Below, in pieces: positions 1 to 9,970 of a stretch of DNA of 64,000 bases. A model generated the notes under the pieces. It was not told the origin of the DNA, did not search any database, and saw nothing but the letters and a program-made list of their open reading frames with translations. The stretch is from contig CBDCCI010000001.1 in NCBI GenBank assembly GCA_965214705.1, positions 544,001-608,000 on the forward strand, in the 5' to 3' direction. Source of the stretch: Alphaproteobacteria bacterium (GTDB taxonomy: Bacteria; Pseudomonadota; Alphaproteobacteria; UBA828). The position numbers were made by a program, and so were the translations under genes. How positions within the stretch are numbered: the first letter of the stretch is position 1; each line of letters opens with the position of its first letter.

Positions 1-57
1 TCGTCGCGAATCGTCACGAGCGCGACGATAGCCGACGGTCGAGAGAGTTACCAGTAG

Positions 58-225
58 GCACCCCCGCGCTACACCGGCGCCGTCTACAAGGCCTCGGGCT
101 GGATCCATGTCGGGATCACCCAGGGGCGCGGGCGCTACGACACACATATGGAGCGGGCCAAGCCCAGGAAGGACATCTGGCTCAGGCCCCTCAGACGTGA
201 CTGGAGACGAACGCTCAATCGTTGA
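58..225 (+). pseudogene. C-terminal fragment of a DUF4338 (DruA-like) IS-associated protein
   Basis: Manual translation gives PPRYTGAVYKASGWIHVGITQGRGRYD...KDIWLRPLRRDWRRTLNR*. This matches the DUF4338 C-terminus, also seen at 54.8-55.0 kb (RFRGTVYRAAGWLAVGQTRG). An in-frame TAG lies at 55-57. Confidence 0.7.
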
Positions 226-261
226 ATCCATCGCACCCATCACCAGACAACCGAAGGCTTA

Positions 262-590
262 CGCATCGTGCACCCCTCGCCTCGCGGCGCGTCTGTGTCG
301 TCGTAACAACCGTAATCACTTCGTAAGCCACCGACATCAAACTCCGGCGTATTAGAGCGTAGGTTTGTCATGACGTCAAGGGGCATCCGTGTCACGTCAA
401 CCTCTTGTTATCATGTGTATATACGCACTCCTGCGTATTACAGCGTACCCCAGCGTAGGCCTGTCGTTGATTTGACAAATGCGAGATATTAAAAAGGAGA
501 GCCTTGAGGTCATGAAAAAGTCGAAACTGACTCGCAGTTTGCTGGCGGCGTGCTCGATCGTCGCCCTCACGGCCGTCATGTACGGCTGCT
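262..590 (+). repeat. 5' conserved flank, copy 1 (integrase-proximal region, promoter, RBS, signal peptide)
   Basis: Near-identical to ~61743-62070 from about 310 onward. Weaker similarity extends back to the CAT that is the integrase start codon in copy 2. Confidence 0.95.
302..457. promoter_or_regulatory. Helically phased short direct repeats (candidate integrase arm-type or regulator sites)
   Basis: GCGTA at 347, 357 and at 433, 443, 453 (10-bp spacing), inverted TACGC at 422, CGTAA at 302/311/322, and palindrome GTCATGAC at 367-374. Confidence 0.45.
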
Positions 591-2146
591 CGAGCTCCGG
601 GGAGGACCGGGCCAAAGCGGATCGGGACGAACTGCAAGCGCAGATCGATGCCCTGCAAGAAGCATTCGGGGACGAGGACATAACGCCGGAAGCCATCATG
701 GCGCTCATTGCCGAGAGGGATGATGCCACGGCCGATGTGACCCGCCTCACTGACGAGTTGGCCATGGCCAAAGCCGAAGTCACCCGCCTCACTGGCGAGT
801 TGGCCAAGACCACGGGCGAGAGGGACGGCCTCCAGACCATGTTGGACGTGGCCAAAGGCGAAGTCACCCGCCTCGAAGGTGAGTTGGCTGCCGCGAACGA
901 CCGTGCCGACACCGCGGAGGAAGAGCTCGCCAAGATCGAGAAGGAGGCGGAAGACCTTATGGCAGCCGCGGCACTCGCGGATCGGATTGCCAGAGGTGGG
1001 GCGATTGAGACGGCGATCTCAACCAACAGGCTTGGGGATTATGCGACTTCCACTGCCAGGACCATCGACGCGCTCCCCGATAGCAGCGGTGTTGACGGAT
1101 TGTCGGTGGAGCGCGACGTGGCCGGCACGATAACGGTCGACGTGAACGGAGATGACGACGACGACTACGATGGCGGCGAGACCACGGCCGGTGACGACGA
1201 CTGGAACAGTGTCAGGATGACGAGGGAAGACGCTGGCGATGAGTCCACTCACACCCTAGTAATCTATACGGACATCGAGGAGCCAGCGGACAAGCCGTTC
1301 ACGGATCTATATGACCGGGCTGCTCGCGATGACATCCTCAATGATGCGGATCGGGTCAAGCTGGCTCAGGCCGCGGACTTCCCCTCGGGGGCAAGCCAGT
1401 CGGTGACGTACGGCGGCGACACCGGCAACCCGGAGTCGTTCGCCGGCACCTTCGCCGGTGTGTCTGGTACGTATGAGTGCACTAGCGGCACGACTTGCAC
1501 GGTGACCACCGACGCCGACGGCGACTTGGTTATGGCGGCGAACTGGAGGTTCACGCCCGACTCCAATTTGGCCACGATCAAGGATCCGGATGTCGCTTAC
1601 GCGTACTTCGGCTGGTGGATGAACGAGCCGAAGGAGAGCGACGATCCGCACACTGTCGAGGTCTTCGCGGCCGGCACGGACGCCCATGTGGCTGCTGTCG
1701 CCGACACCATTGAGGGCACCGCGACCTATTCGGGTCCGGCGGCCGGCATCTATCAGACGCAGACTTTCACCGCCGGTGCGCAGACGGAGGCCGCTGTTGG
1801 TGATTTCACGGCGACTGCCAGTCTCGTGGCGAAGTTCGGCGATGAAGCCGCGACCGGAACCATCGACGGGACGATCACGGACTTCACGCTGGGCGATGGA
1901 ACATCCGCTGCTTGGAAGGTGATGTTGGAAGATACCGGCATAAACGGGGACGGCACCTTCAGCGGTACGAGTGAAGTTGACTTCGGCGGCGGCCCCACCG
2001 AGTCGGATGTCGGGTCGTGGGGAGGCTCGTTCTACGATGCTGGCGCGGACCCCGCCGAGGATCAGCCAGGCACGGTCGCGGGCATGTTCGATGCGGTAAC
2101 GGACACTGCCAGCCTGATCGGCGCATTCGGTGCGACGAAGCAGTAG
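512..2146 (+). CDS. Surface lipoprotein with coiled-coil stalk and C-terminal TbpB-like beta-barrel (Slam/T11SS cargo)
   Basis: AGGAGA RBS, signal peptide MKKSKLTRSLLAACSIVALTAVMYG-C (lipobox), heptad repeats VTRLTDELA/VTRLTGELA/VTRLEGELA, GTATYSGPAAG and terminal LIGAFGATKQ motifs. Lies directly upstream of a Slam gene. Confidence 0.85.
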   Translation: MKKSKLTRSLLAACSIVALTAVMYGCSSSGEDRAKADRDELQAQIDALQEAFGDEDITPEAIMALIAERDDATADVTRLTDELAMAKAEVTRLTGELAKTTGERDGLQTMLDVAKGEVTRLEGELAAANDRADTAEEELAKIEKEAEDLMAAAALADRIARGGAIETAISTNRLGDYATSTARTIDALPDSSGVDGLSVERDVAGTITVDVNGDDDDDYDGGETTAGDDDWNSVRMTREDAGDESTHTLVIYTDIEEPADKPFTDLYDRAARDDILNDADRVKLAQAADFPSGASQSVTYGGDTGNPESFAGTFAGVSGTYECTSGTTCTVTTDADGDLVMAANWRFTPDSNLATIKDPDVAYAYFGWWMNEPKESDDPHTVEVFAAGTDAHVAAVADTIEGTATYSGPAAGIYQTQTFTAGAQTEAAVGDFTATASLVAKFGDEAATGTIDGTITDFTLGDGTSAAWKVMLEDTGINGDGTFSGTSEVDFGGGPTESDVGSWGGSFYDAGADPAEDQPGTVAGMFDAVTDTASLIGAFGATKQ

Positions 2147-2157
2147 CCGGATTGGCG

Positions 2158-2245
2158 GGATCGGGGTCGCCTCGTAAGACCCCGATCCTTTAGGTCCGGA
2201 CTTCCGGAAGAGGGTGGCGGGATGTGCCACCCTCTTCTTCTTTCT
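2158..2245 (+). terminator. Double hairpin / intrinsic terminator between lipoprotein and slam
   Basis: Stems GGATCGGGGTC..GACCCCGATCC (2158-2188) and GAAGAGGGTGGC..GCCACCCTCTTC (2207-2237) followed by a pyrimidine tract. Identical in copy 2. Confidence 0.75.
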
Positions 2246-2691
2246 CATTCTCTCTCTGTTGAGTTCCGTCCGAGGCCTGCTGCGATGATGTTTGCCCCGC
2301 TTTGCCGTGCCCTCGCGTTTGCCGCTTGCCTGTTGCTCGCCCTCCCGGCCTGGGGCGCCACGGAGCAGGCGGCAGGTGAGTTCTCTGCACAGTCCGCCCC
2401 CGCGCTGCCGGGCTTGGCGTCGGCGCAAGCGCTGGTCGATGAAGGCCGCTTCGGGGAGGCGTTGACCATCCTGAATGCGCTGGCACAGGACTATCCCGAC
2501 CATCCCCGGCGCACCGATGTCCTCTTCCTGCTGGGCCTGGCGGCGACCCAGGCATCGCTGAACCCCGATCTCCCGGAGGGGCGGCGGGAGCTTCTGCTGA
2601 GCCTCGCCATCGCGTCCTTCCGCGTCATCCTGATCGATCGGCCCGCGCTCGTGCGGGTGCGTCTGGAGCTGGCCCGCGCCTTCTTCCTCAA

Positions 2692-4851
2692 CCCAAGTTG
2701 GCACTTTTCCGCTGCCTGTGTTCCCTATTGGTTTGATTCAACGCGATATTTTTCTCGGTCGATTCCAACATGGCCCCACATTTTGTGAGATTCTGTCAGC
2801 TCATCAGACGGGTCCTCGTGCGGTGGATGGCGGGGTCCACGCCCGCCGCCGAGGAGATTGCGGCAACCTCGGCGGCCGGGCGCGTGTCCTGGCGGTTGAC
2901 GATCAAGGTGCCGTCGGTCTGGCGCAGGCGCGTGGTGATCCGCACCCAGGTCCGCATGCTCTCGCGGATCGACGCCCAGCACTTGTGGATGCCGCGCGCG
3001 GCCAGCCGGGTACGGATCAGATGCACGGCGTGGTAGGCCAGCACGGCGATCAGCAGGTGGGCCGCGATGCGCCGGTCGAGCTGGTGCCAGATCGGGCGAA
3101 GGCCGAGCTCGGATTTCAGGCTCCGGAATGTCGCCTCGATATCCGTGATCCGCCAGTACGTCCGCAGGACCGTCTCGATGTCCCAGTCGACGTGGCTGGT
3201 GCGCAGCACATAGGCACCGGCGCCCTCATCGGCCTCGTCGTATCGCGGCCTGCGCTTGAAGCGCACGGCGGTGGCATTGGGGCCGGTTTTCGCCCTCTCG
3301 ACCGTGATCTCGTAGTGCCTGGCGACGGCGGAGAAGCGCTGCTTGAGGCGGCCTATGCTCTCCAGCACCTTGTCGTAGCGCTTGAGGCGGCCCTTGACCG
3401 CAAGGCCGCCGTGGAGCCTTTCCAGCGCCGCCTCGAAGCGGTTCCGCCTCAGGCCGATGATCGCGTTCTCGGCCTTCTTCTTGCCCTCGCTGACGACGTA
3501 GAGCCGCGCCTCGCCGTCCTCGCTGGCAAGCCGCCAGGCCCGCACCTCGTGGCGCGCGCTGGTGATCAGCAGGGCCTCGGGTCCGCCCTCGGGCGGCGCA
3601 GGCCTGGCACCGCGGCTGACCGCGATCCAGTCGTAGCCCTGCTCGCCCAGCCACGCGATGTTTTTCTCGGTGGCGATGCCCGCGTCCATGACCACCGTGG
3701 GCTTCGGCGCCGTGCCGCCGCACACCGCCTCGAGCCGCGCCAGCGCCTCGTGCAGCGTGCCCGGCTCGCTCACGTTGCCCGGCAGGATCTCGCAACTGCG
3801 CGGGAAGCCCGCGCCGTCGAGCGCCAGCGCCAGCGTGATGAGGGGACAGTCGTCGCGCTTCTGCTTGGAGCGCCCGAACCTGGGAAGCTCGCCGCCCGTG
3901 TGGCCGTGGTAGTGGACGTTGGTGAGATCGTAGAAGGCGATCGTCTCGGGCAGGTCGAGCAGTGCGCGCTCACGGTTGAACAGCTCCCGCTGGATGGCGG
4001 CGCGGTGGCGCCAGAGCAGGTCGCCGATGCGGTAGAGCGTCTTGCGCCGCAGCGCCTTGCGGTCGCCCTCCAGGCCCAGGAGCTCGGCGGCCGCGCTGTC
4101 GTGGCGGAGCCAGCGGCTGGTATCACGCTCGCTGGCGGGATGGACCATCCTGGCGACGATCAGCGCGCTGGCGATGCGCCCGTCGCGGCCCTTGATGTCG
4201 AGGCCGTGGAGGATTTCGGCGAAGCCGAGGGCGTCGAGGGCCTTGAGGCACAGGCGCTCGCAGCCGACCGTGCGCGGGTTCTCGTGCTCCAGGGTATCGA
4301 GGTCGACGGTGGCGATCTCGGGCTTGCGCGCCTCTTCCTGCATCGCCTCGACGCGGAACCCCCTGGCCCTGAGCTTGGCGACGATGTCCTCGGCTGCGGC
4401 CCGCACATCCGCCTCGCCCTCGAACAGCGGCGGCTTGCCGTGAAGCAGCGCCTCGGCGAGTTCGGTGACGGCCTTCCACTTCTCGCGCGGCACCGGATAG
4501 TCGGTGCCGAGATTGAGCAGCGTCCTGTGGCGCACCTTGTCGCCGACGCGCTGGGCGAGCACGAGGCGATGGCTTCGGACCGGCTGGCCGGCCTTGTCGG
4601 TGTGTGTCCTGGTTGCCTTGATGTACATGGCGGCGCCGTTTCTGCGATGCCTGTTTCGCATACACGGCGTTCGCGGCATCTGGCAAGAGGGATATCGACT
4701 CAACTCCAAAGTCCTGGCCCCACAATTGGCTTCCAGGACCACGAATGGCAAATGTGGGTCTCAGGTGTCCTCCAACCCCAACATCTAGTGGTTCAGCGCC
4801 GCAAAACTAGCTCGAACAGGCTCGGCTGGTCGGAAAAAGTGCCAACTTGGG
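2692..4851 (-). mobile_element. IS1634-family insertion sequence
   Basis: Terminal IRs CCCAAGTTGGCACTTTT(T)CCG. TCAA is duplicated at 2688-2691 and 4852-4855. Confidence 0.9.
2796..4628 (-). CDS. tnp: IS1634-family DDE transposase
   Basis: N-terminus MYIKAT...RVGDKVRHRTLLNLG, plus YDLTN, VVMDAG and IEATFRSLKSELGLRPIWH motifs. Confidence 0.9.
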   Translation of the reverse strand: MYIKATRTHTDKAGQPVRSHRLVLAQRVGDKVRHRTLLNLGTDYPVPREKWKAVTELAEALLHGKPPLFEGEADVRAAAEDIVAKLRARGFRVEAMQEEARKPEIATVDLDTLEHENPRTVGCERLCLKALDALGFAEILHGLDIKGRDGRIASALIVARMVHPASERDTSRWLRHDSAAAELLGLEGDRKALRRKTLYRIGDLLWRHRAAIQRELFNRERALLDLPETIAFYDLTNVHYHGHTGGELPRFGRSKQKRDDCPLITLALALDGAGFPRSCEILPGNVSEPGTLHEALARLEAVCGGTAPKPTVVMDAGIATEKNIAWLGEQGYDWIAVSRGARPAPPEGGPEALLITSARHEVRAWRLASEDGEARLYVVSEGKKKAENAIIGLRRNRFEAALERLHGGLAVKGRLKRYDKVLESIGRLKQRFSAVARHYEITVERAKTGPNATAVRFKRRPRYDEADEGAGAYVLRTSHVDWDIETVLRTYWRITDIEATFRSLKSELGLRPIWHQLDRRIAAHLLIAVLAYHAVHLIRTRLAARGIHKCWASIRESMRTWVRITTRLRQTDGTLIVNRQDTRPAAEVAAISSAAGVDPAIHRTRTRLMS

Positions 4852-5905
4852 TCAAGGGCGAGGACAGCCTGTCGCAGCGCCACTTCGAGCGGGTGCTGGC
4901 CGGCGACCCGCCTGAGGCGGTGGTCGCCAACGTCCGACATTTCCTGAACCGGATCAGGGCACGGCGGCGCTGGAGCTTCAGCCTTGGCGCCGCCATCGCG
5001 CCCGACACCAATATCGGCGGCAGCTCGGAGGAGCGCACCATCTATATCTTCGGTTTGCCGTTCGAGCGCGACATCGAGGAGCTGACCACGTCGGGCATAG
5101 GTCTCTCGGTGTGGGGCGGCGCCGAGCACCAGTATCCGCTGAGCGAGCGGGTGCGGCTGCGCAGCGGCGCCAATCTCTCGCGGCGGGAGCACGAGGGATC
5201 GCGGTTCGACGAGGTTTTCGCGTCGGTCCATCTCGGGCCTCGCCTGCTGCTGGGCGAGCGCACGGAGGCGAGCGTGCTGGCCACCGCGAGCCAGCGCTGG
5301 GCCGGCACGGTGAAGGATCGACACGCCCTCGGCGGGCGCGTCGAGGTGGGGCACCGGGTCAACCGTGCGGTGACGGTGAACGGGCGGGTCGCCTGGGAGG
5401 ACCGGCACCATCGAACGGGGACGAGCCGGGACGGGCCGGCTCTGGATGTGTCGCTGGGCGGCGCCTGGGTGATCGCGCCCACGGTTCGGGCGGATGTGTC
5501 TGCGGGGTATGGGCGTGAGCGCCCGGAGGTGATGCGCGATCGCCATGAGAGGTATCGCGTTGGCGCGGGCGTTTCGGTGCTCCTGCCGCTGGGCTTCACG
5601 GTGAGCGGCGGCGGGGACTATCGCTGGACGGACTTCGAGGCGGGGTGGCACCCGTACGTGCCGGACAACGGGGCGCGCGAGGACCGGACGTGGAGCGCGC
5701 GGGCGTCGGTGTACAACCGTGGGATCACCCTCTACGGCTTCAGCCCGGCGGTGGGGGTGGTTCACGAGGTCCGCAAGACCAACGCACAGCTCTACGACTA
5801 CGAGCGCACGCGGGGCGAGCTTCGCTTCGTGCGCCAGTTCTAGTCACCGGGCGGCCCGAAGCGGCGGCGTTGGCGGGGCGGCGGCGCCATGAGCACACTG
5901 CATCG

Positions 5906-7012
5906 ATGGGCCTGACGGGTCTCGGGGCACGCCTTGGGTTGTCGGGCGGTTCCCCTGCGAGGCGGACACGAGGCCGGACCGGCCGGTGTCTCGGCTTGGC
6001 GTGCGCGCTGCTCCTCTGCGTATGCCTGCCGGGCGCGGCCGCCTCCGAAGAGGTGGGCTTTCGCAGCATGGCGACGCCGCTGCGCATGGTGAACCTGAAC
6101 CCGTTTCACCTCGCGTACGGTGTGCCGGGGTCCCTCGGCGCCCGCGTGATGCCGGCGGGCTCGTCGGAGCTGATCGCATCGCTGGACATGGCGTCGCATC
6201 TGCGCGCGGCCAGTTCCGGAGCGGAGCGGGTGCTGATGGACGGGGAGACCTACCGGCGGGCGCTCACGCTGCGGCATGGTCTGGGAGACGGCTGGGAGTA
6301 TCTGCTCGACGTCCCCGTCGTTGCGCACAGCGGCGGCGTTTTCGACGGCTTCATCGAGAGCTGGCATGACGCCTTCGGCCTGCCCCAGGGCGCGCGGGAC
6401 CGTGCGCCGCGCGATCGGCTGGCGCTCTTCTACGCCGATGACGAGGGACCCCGTGTGGACATCGATCGCAGTGTCTTCTCCCTCGGGGATGTGAGCCTCG
6501 GGGTCGGCTACGCCTTGTCGCCCGCGCCGCTGTCGAATGACGGCATGGCGGTCCGGGCGGTTGTGAAGCTTCCGAGCGGCGACGAGGACGCATTGGCCGG
6601 TTCGGGAGGCTTTTCGGCCTCGGTCTGGGCCGAGACCTCGGGAGCATTGTCGGGCTCGGCCGGCTCCCGCGCCTGGCTATATGCCGCGACGCTGGGGGCT
6701 CTCGTGGGCGAGGCCCCGGAGAACCTTTCGGACCTCGGCGGCCGCTTCATCGCCTTCGGGCGCTTCGGCGTGACCTGGCGGGCGCTCAGGGATCTGCGGC
6801 TGACGGTGCAGGTCGACGCCCATTCGTCGCCCTACGGCGCCTCCGCCCTGTCTCCGCTCTCGGACGCGGCCGTCATGGTGGGGCTGGGAGGGACGCTGAG
6901 ACTCAGCGAGCGCGTGGAGCTCGACATCGCCGTCACGGAGGACGACGGCACTTGGCACGCCGCACCCGACATTGGCCTGCACGTCGCCATGCGGTGGCGG
7001 CTGCATGATTGA
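5906..7012 (+). CDS. DUF3187-family outer-membrane protein
   Basis: PLRMVNLNPF, DGETYR, HSGGVFDGFIESWHDAFGLPQG motifs and a barrel-like C-terminus. Start codon is uncertain. Confidence 0.75.
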   Translation: MGLTGLGARLGLSGGSPARRTRGRTGRCLGLACALLLCVCLPGAAASEEVGFRSMATPLRMVNLNPFHLAYGVPGSLGARVMPAGSSELIASLDMASHLRAASSGAERVLMDGETYRRALTLRHGLGDGWEYLLDVPVVAHSGGVFDGFIESWHDAFGLPQGARDRAPRDRLALFYADDEGPRVDIDRSVFSLGDVSLGVGYALSPAPLSNDGMAVRAVVKLPSGDEDALAGSGGFSASVWAETSGALSGSAGSRAWLYAATLGALVGEAPENLSDLGGRFIAFGRFGVTWRALRDLRLTVQVDAHSSPYGASALSPLSDAAVMVGLGGTLRLSERVELDIAVTEDDGTWHAAPDIGLHVAMRWRLHD

Positions 7013-7272
7013 ACCGGGAGGACCGTCATCGCGAGAGCGCACGCGCCATGCATGTTGCCCTCGCCCGGCTGCCCTTGCCCGCAGCACTCAGGCCGAACCC
7101 GCCGCGTTCACGCGGTCGGTTGCTGAATGTGGCCCCGATACCATCAAGGTGTGCTCGCTCCCGAGTGCGGCCCGTCGTTCCAGGCGCAGCCCCGCTTGGC
7201 GTCCTCCATATGCGTCTTCTTGTCGGATGGGGCGCCGCCTCTTTCACCATAGCAGCGGGAAGGAAATCCAGC

Positions 7273-7857
7273 ATGACCAGATGGATCTCTGCGCTTGCGG
7301 CGCTGTTGTGCGGCCTCGGTCTTGTCCCGGTCGCTCACGCAGAGGACCGCCACGCCGACCGCATCCATGTCGGGATCGGCTATCGGCACGTCTTCATCGA
7401 CGGCGAGACAATGACTGCCGATGGCGACACTGTGACCATACCGGACTTCGAGCACAGGGTGATCGTTCTGCGGGCCGGCTACGATCTCCGGCCCTTCTTC
7501 GCGATTGAGGCCGAGGTCATGACGAGTGTCGCGGAGACGGAGTTGGCAGCCGGCACGCCGGCCGGCGACATCCCGTTCAGCACGCGCATCCTTCATGGTC
7601 TCGGCGTCTTCGGGAAGGTCCGGCATGAGATAGCGGAAGGCGTTTCAATGCACGCGCGGGTTGGTGGGGCGGTCATGAAGACGGAAGCGTCGGCCTTCGG
7701 GGTCTCGACGTCAGACACAGGCGAGGGCCTGGCCTACGGGGCAGGCGGTGAGGTCCGTCTGAGCGAGTGGGCGAGCCTGCGGGTGGACTGGACTCAATAC
7801 CGCGAGGACGGCGAGACGGCCGATGCAGTGTCGCTCGCCGCCGTCACCCGCTTCTGA
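7273..7857 (+). CDS. Small outer-membrane beta-barrel (OmpA-TM/porin family)
   Basis: Signal peptide ending VAHA, LRAGYD, GLAYGAGGE, LRVDWTQY and a terminal Phe. Confidence 0.8.
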   Translation: MTRWISALAALLCGLGLVPVAHAEDRHADRIHVGIGYRHVFIDGETMTADGDTVTIPDFEHRVIVLRAGYDLRPFFAIEAEVMTSVAETELAAGTPAGDIPFSTRILHGLGVFGKVRHEIAEGVSMHARVGGAVMKTEASAFGVSTSDTGEGLAYGAGGEVRLSEWASLRVDWTQYREDGETADAVSLAAVTRF

Positions 7858-8995
7858 CGACCGATCCACCCTGCCCCTGTCAACGGGCCGTGGCACATTC
7901 GCGCGAAATACGCGAGGCTGACCGGACAAGACCAGCGTATGTCAATGTATTTCTCTCTGAGAGCTATGAATGAATTTCAGTGCGATAGTGGCGTATTTCA
8001 ATGAGATTCTCTCGTTCCAACGCTCCTGTCATGACGCTTGTCATACCAGGGCGTACTGGAGCGTAGCTGTGACGGCGCATGTCATCGATATGTCGGTCCT
8101 GCATCATCGATGCGTGGGGTGTGAGAGCAATAAACGCCTCAAGGCGTAGGACAGGGACTACAGGATGCGAGAAAAGCCTTCAGGGCCAGCCTCTTAGGTG
8201 GCACTATAAGGACACCATAGCCATAATTCGGGAGCTATTGGGCTGCACCATAGGAGAGGACATAGTTCTGATACAGGATCGCGGAATCTCTCGTTGATGC
8301 AATGGCTTGCTCTCGCGAGCCTCAAAGAATGTCGCGCGGAATGCCGCGCAACCCGAACGTCATTCGTCCGAAACCGGCTGCAACTTCGCCACAGGTGAGC
8401 TGAGCCGCATCTCGGTGCCGAAGAGGCCGGCGACGATGGCGACTGCGGGAGGCACTGCAGGGAGAGATCGCCGTGTGTCGAGATTGTGTCCCGAGCGGAG
8501 TGGGCCGGATTGCGAGCACGAGGCGGGTCTCGGTGTCCGGGCATCGGCGCAGTTGACCGATCGCATTGCGGGCCGGCACTGACGAGGGGTTGGAACACAC
8601 TGTGGACACATGGCGGCACGGAAATGCCGGGACGATCGTCGGCGTTGCCGACGGCAGGCGCGTGGCACGCGATCATGGTCGGCGCAGTTGATGGATCGCT
8701 TCTGTCGATGGTCGTGCTGAGAGGAGCGACGGATGAACATCGAAACCTCGGCATCGACGATCAGGATGGTGACGCGCCGGTCGTCGGCACCGACGACGGC
8801 GCTGTCGACGGCACGGGCACGAGAACCGGACAGAGGCGGTCGCACTCGTGCTCGCGCTGGTGCGGCGCCTGGTGATGGCCATGCTGCAGGTGCGGGATTT
8901 CCGGACGACGCTCATCGCCGGCACGGGTTGCGCGCGGAGTGCTCACGGGTGGAACCGCGGCTGCGCGGGGTAGAAGACGGCTCGCGTTCGTCGAG

Positions 8996-9511
8996 TGACG
9001 CCGAGCGTGCACGCGGGACGTGCATCCGCAAGCCGAAGATGAACTGCGGCACGATGCCGGCGGCCGCACTCGTCGGCGCATCGTCCGGGTCTCCATCGCC
9101 ATGGTCACCGTCATCGCTGCATGCGAAGGCGCGTGCAGCGATGGGGGCGCCGGAGTTGGGAACGACAATGGCGGCGGGCGGCTCGACCGCGGGGCTGGCC
9201 TCGCGGCCAGGCGGGCGCGTGCCTGCGGCAACCGGGCGAGATTGCAGACGCTCGCGATCATGATCGGCGCAGCGAGGCGCTCGCCATGATCGTCACGAGT
9301 GCCGGGCTTAGTGGCGTCGGGCCGTTCAGGCGCGACGGCACCGATGTCCGTCGAGCCGCGGAGGCGCTCGTCACCATCGGCGACAGCGTTGACGCCGAGG
9401 GTCCGCGCGTGACTTGCAGTCCGTAATCCGAAGGTGAACTGCGGCACGATATCGGCGGCCGCACTCGCTGGTGCACCGTGGCCATGTTCATCGCCCTGAT
9501 CGTCGTCACCG
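8996..9511. repeat. Imperfect ~120-bp direct repeat in a degenerate region
   Basis: ~8996-9117 versus ~9390-9511, sharing TGAACTGCGGCACGAT and CGGCGGCCGCACTCG. Confidence 0.7.
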
Positions 9512-9970
9512 GCACGGGCGGGAGCACGCGCAGTCCATGCGCGTGCCGCTGCAAGGGCCGGCGACGGCGTGCGCTGCTTGACTGCGGGCAAACCGTCGCG
9601 GACTGAACCGCGGTCTGTCTCTCTGCTGCGAGGGGATCGTCCGGCGACGGCGCGCGAGCGCCGAGCCGGACGCGGCGACGCAGGACGGACAAGCCGGAGA
9701 GCAGGACACGCGCATCGAGCCCGGCGATGGCGCGTAGCGCCGAGCCTGATGCACGGCGGCGGAGGCAGGCGGGGAAGCACGGCCGATGCAGCGAGCGCGG
9801 ACGGCGCCAGCGCGAAGCGCGGCGACGCCGGCGTTCGAGCGCGCACTCGGGTTGGCGGTGCACGATCCGGCGGGCGGGCGCACAGGCCGACGCTCGTGAC
9901 GCCCGTCGTGAAACACGACGAAGCGGCCGATGCCTTGAGGCTTCGGCCGCTTCGTCGAGGCGCGCGCTGC

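Larger units (their letters stand above)
2285..5843 (+). pseudogene. slam: Surface lipoprotein assembly modifier (Slam, TPR + DUF560 barrel), interrupted by IS1634
   Basis: Signal peptide and TPR ...VRVRLELARAFFL rejoin in frame to KGEDSLSQRHFERVLA... after removing 2692-4855. Contains WSFSLGAAIAPDTNI and ends in the barrel signature ELRFVRQF. Confidence 0.85.

Noticed and set aside
467-495. Sigma70 promoter (TTGACA at 472) or Fur box
   Set aside because: No properly spaced -10 before the RBS and only a weak Fur resemblance.
2718-5843. 1041-aa + strand ORF
   Set aside because: Chimera of antisense IS1634 sequence and the true slam 3' half.
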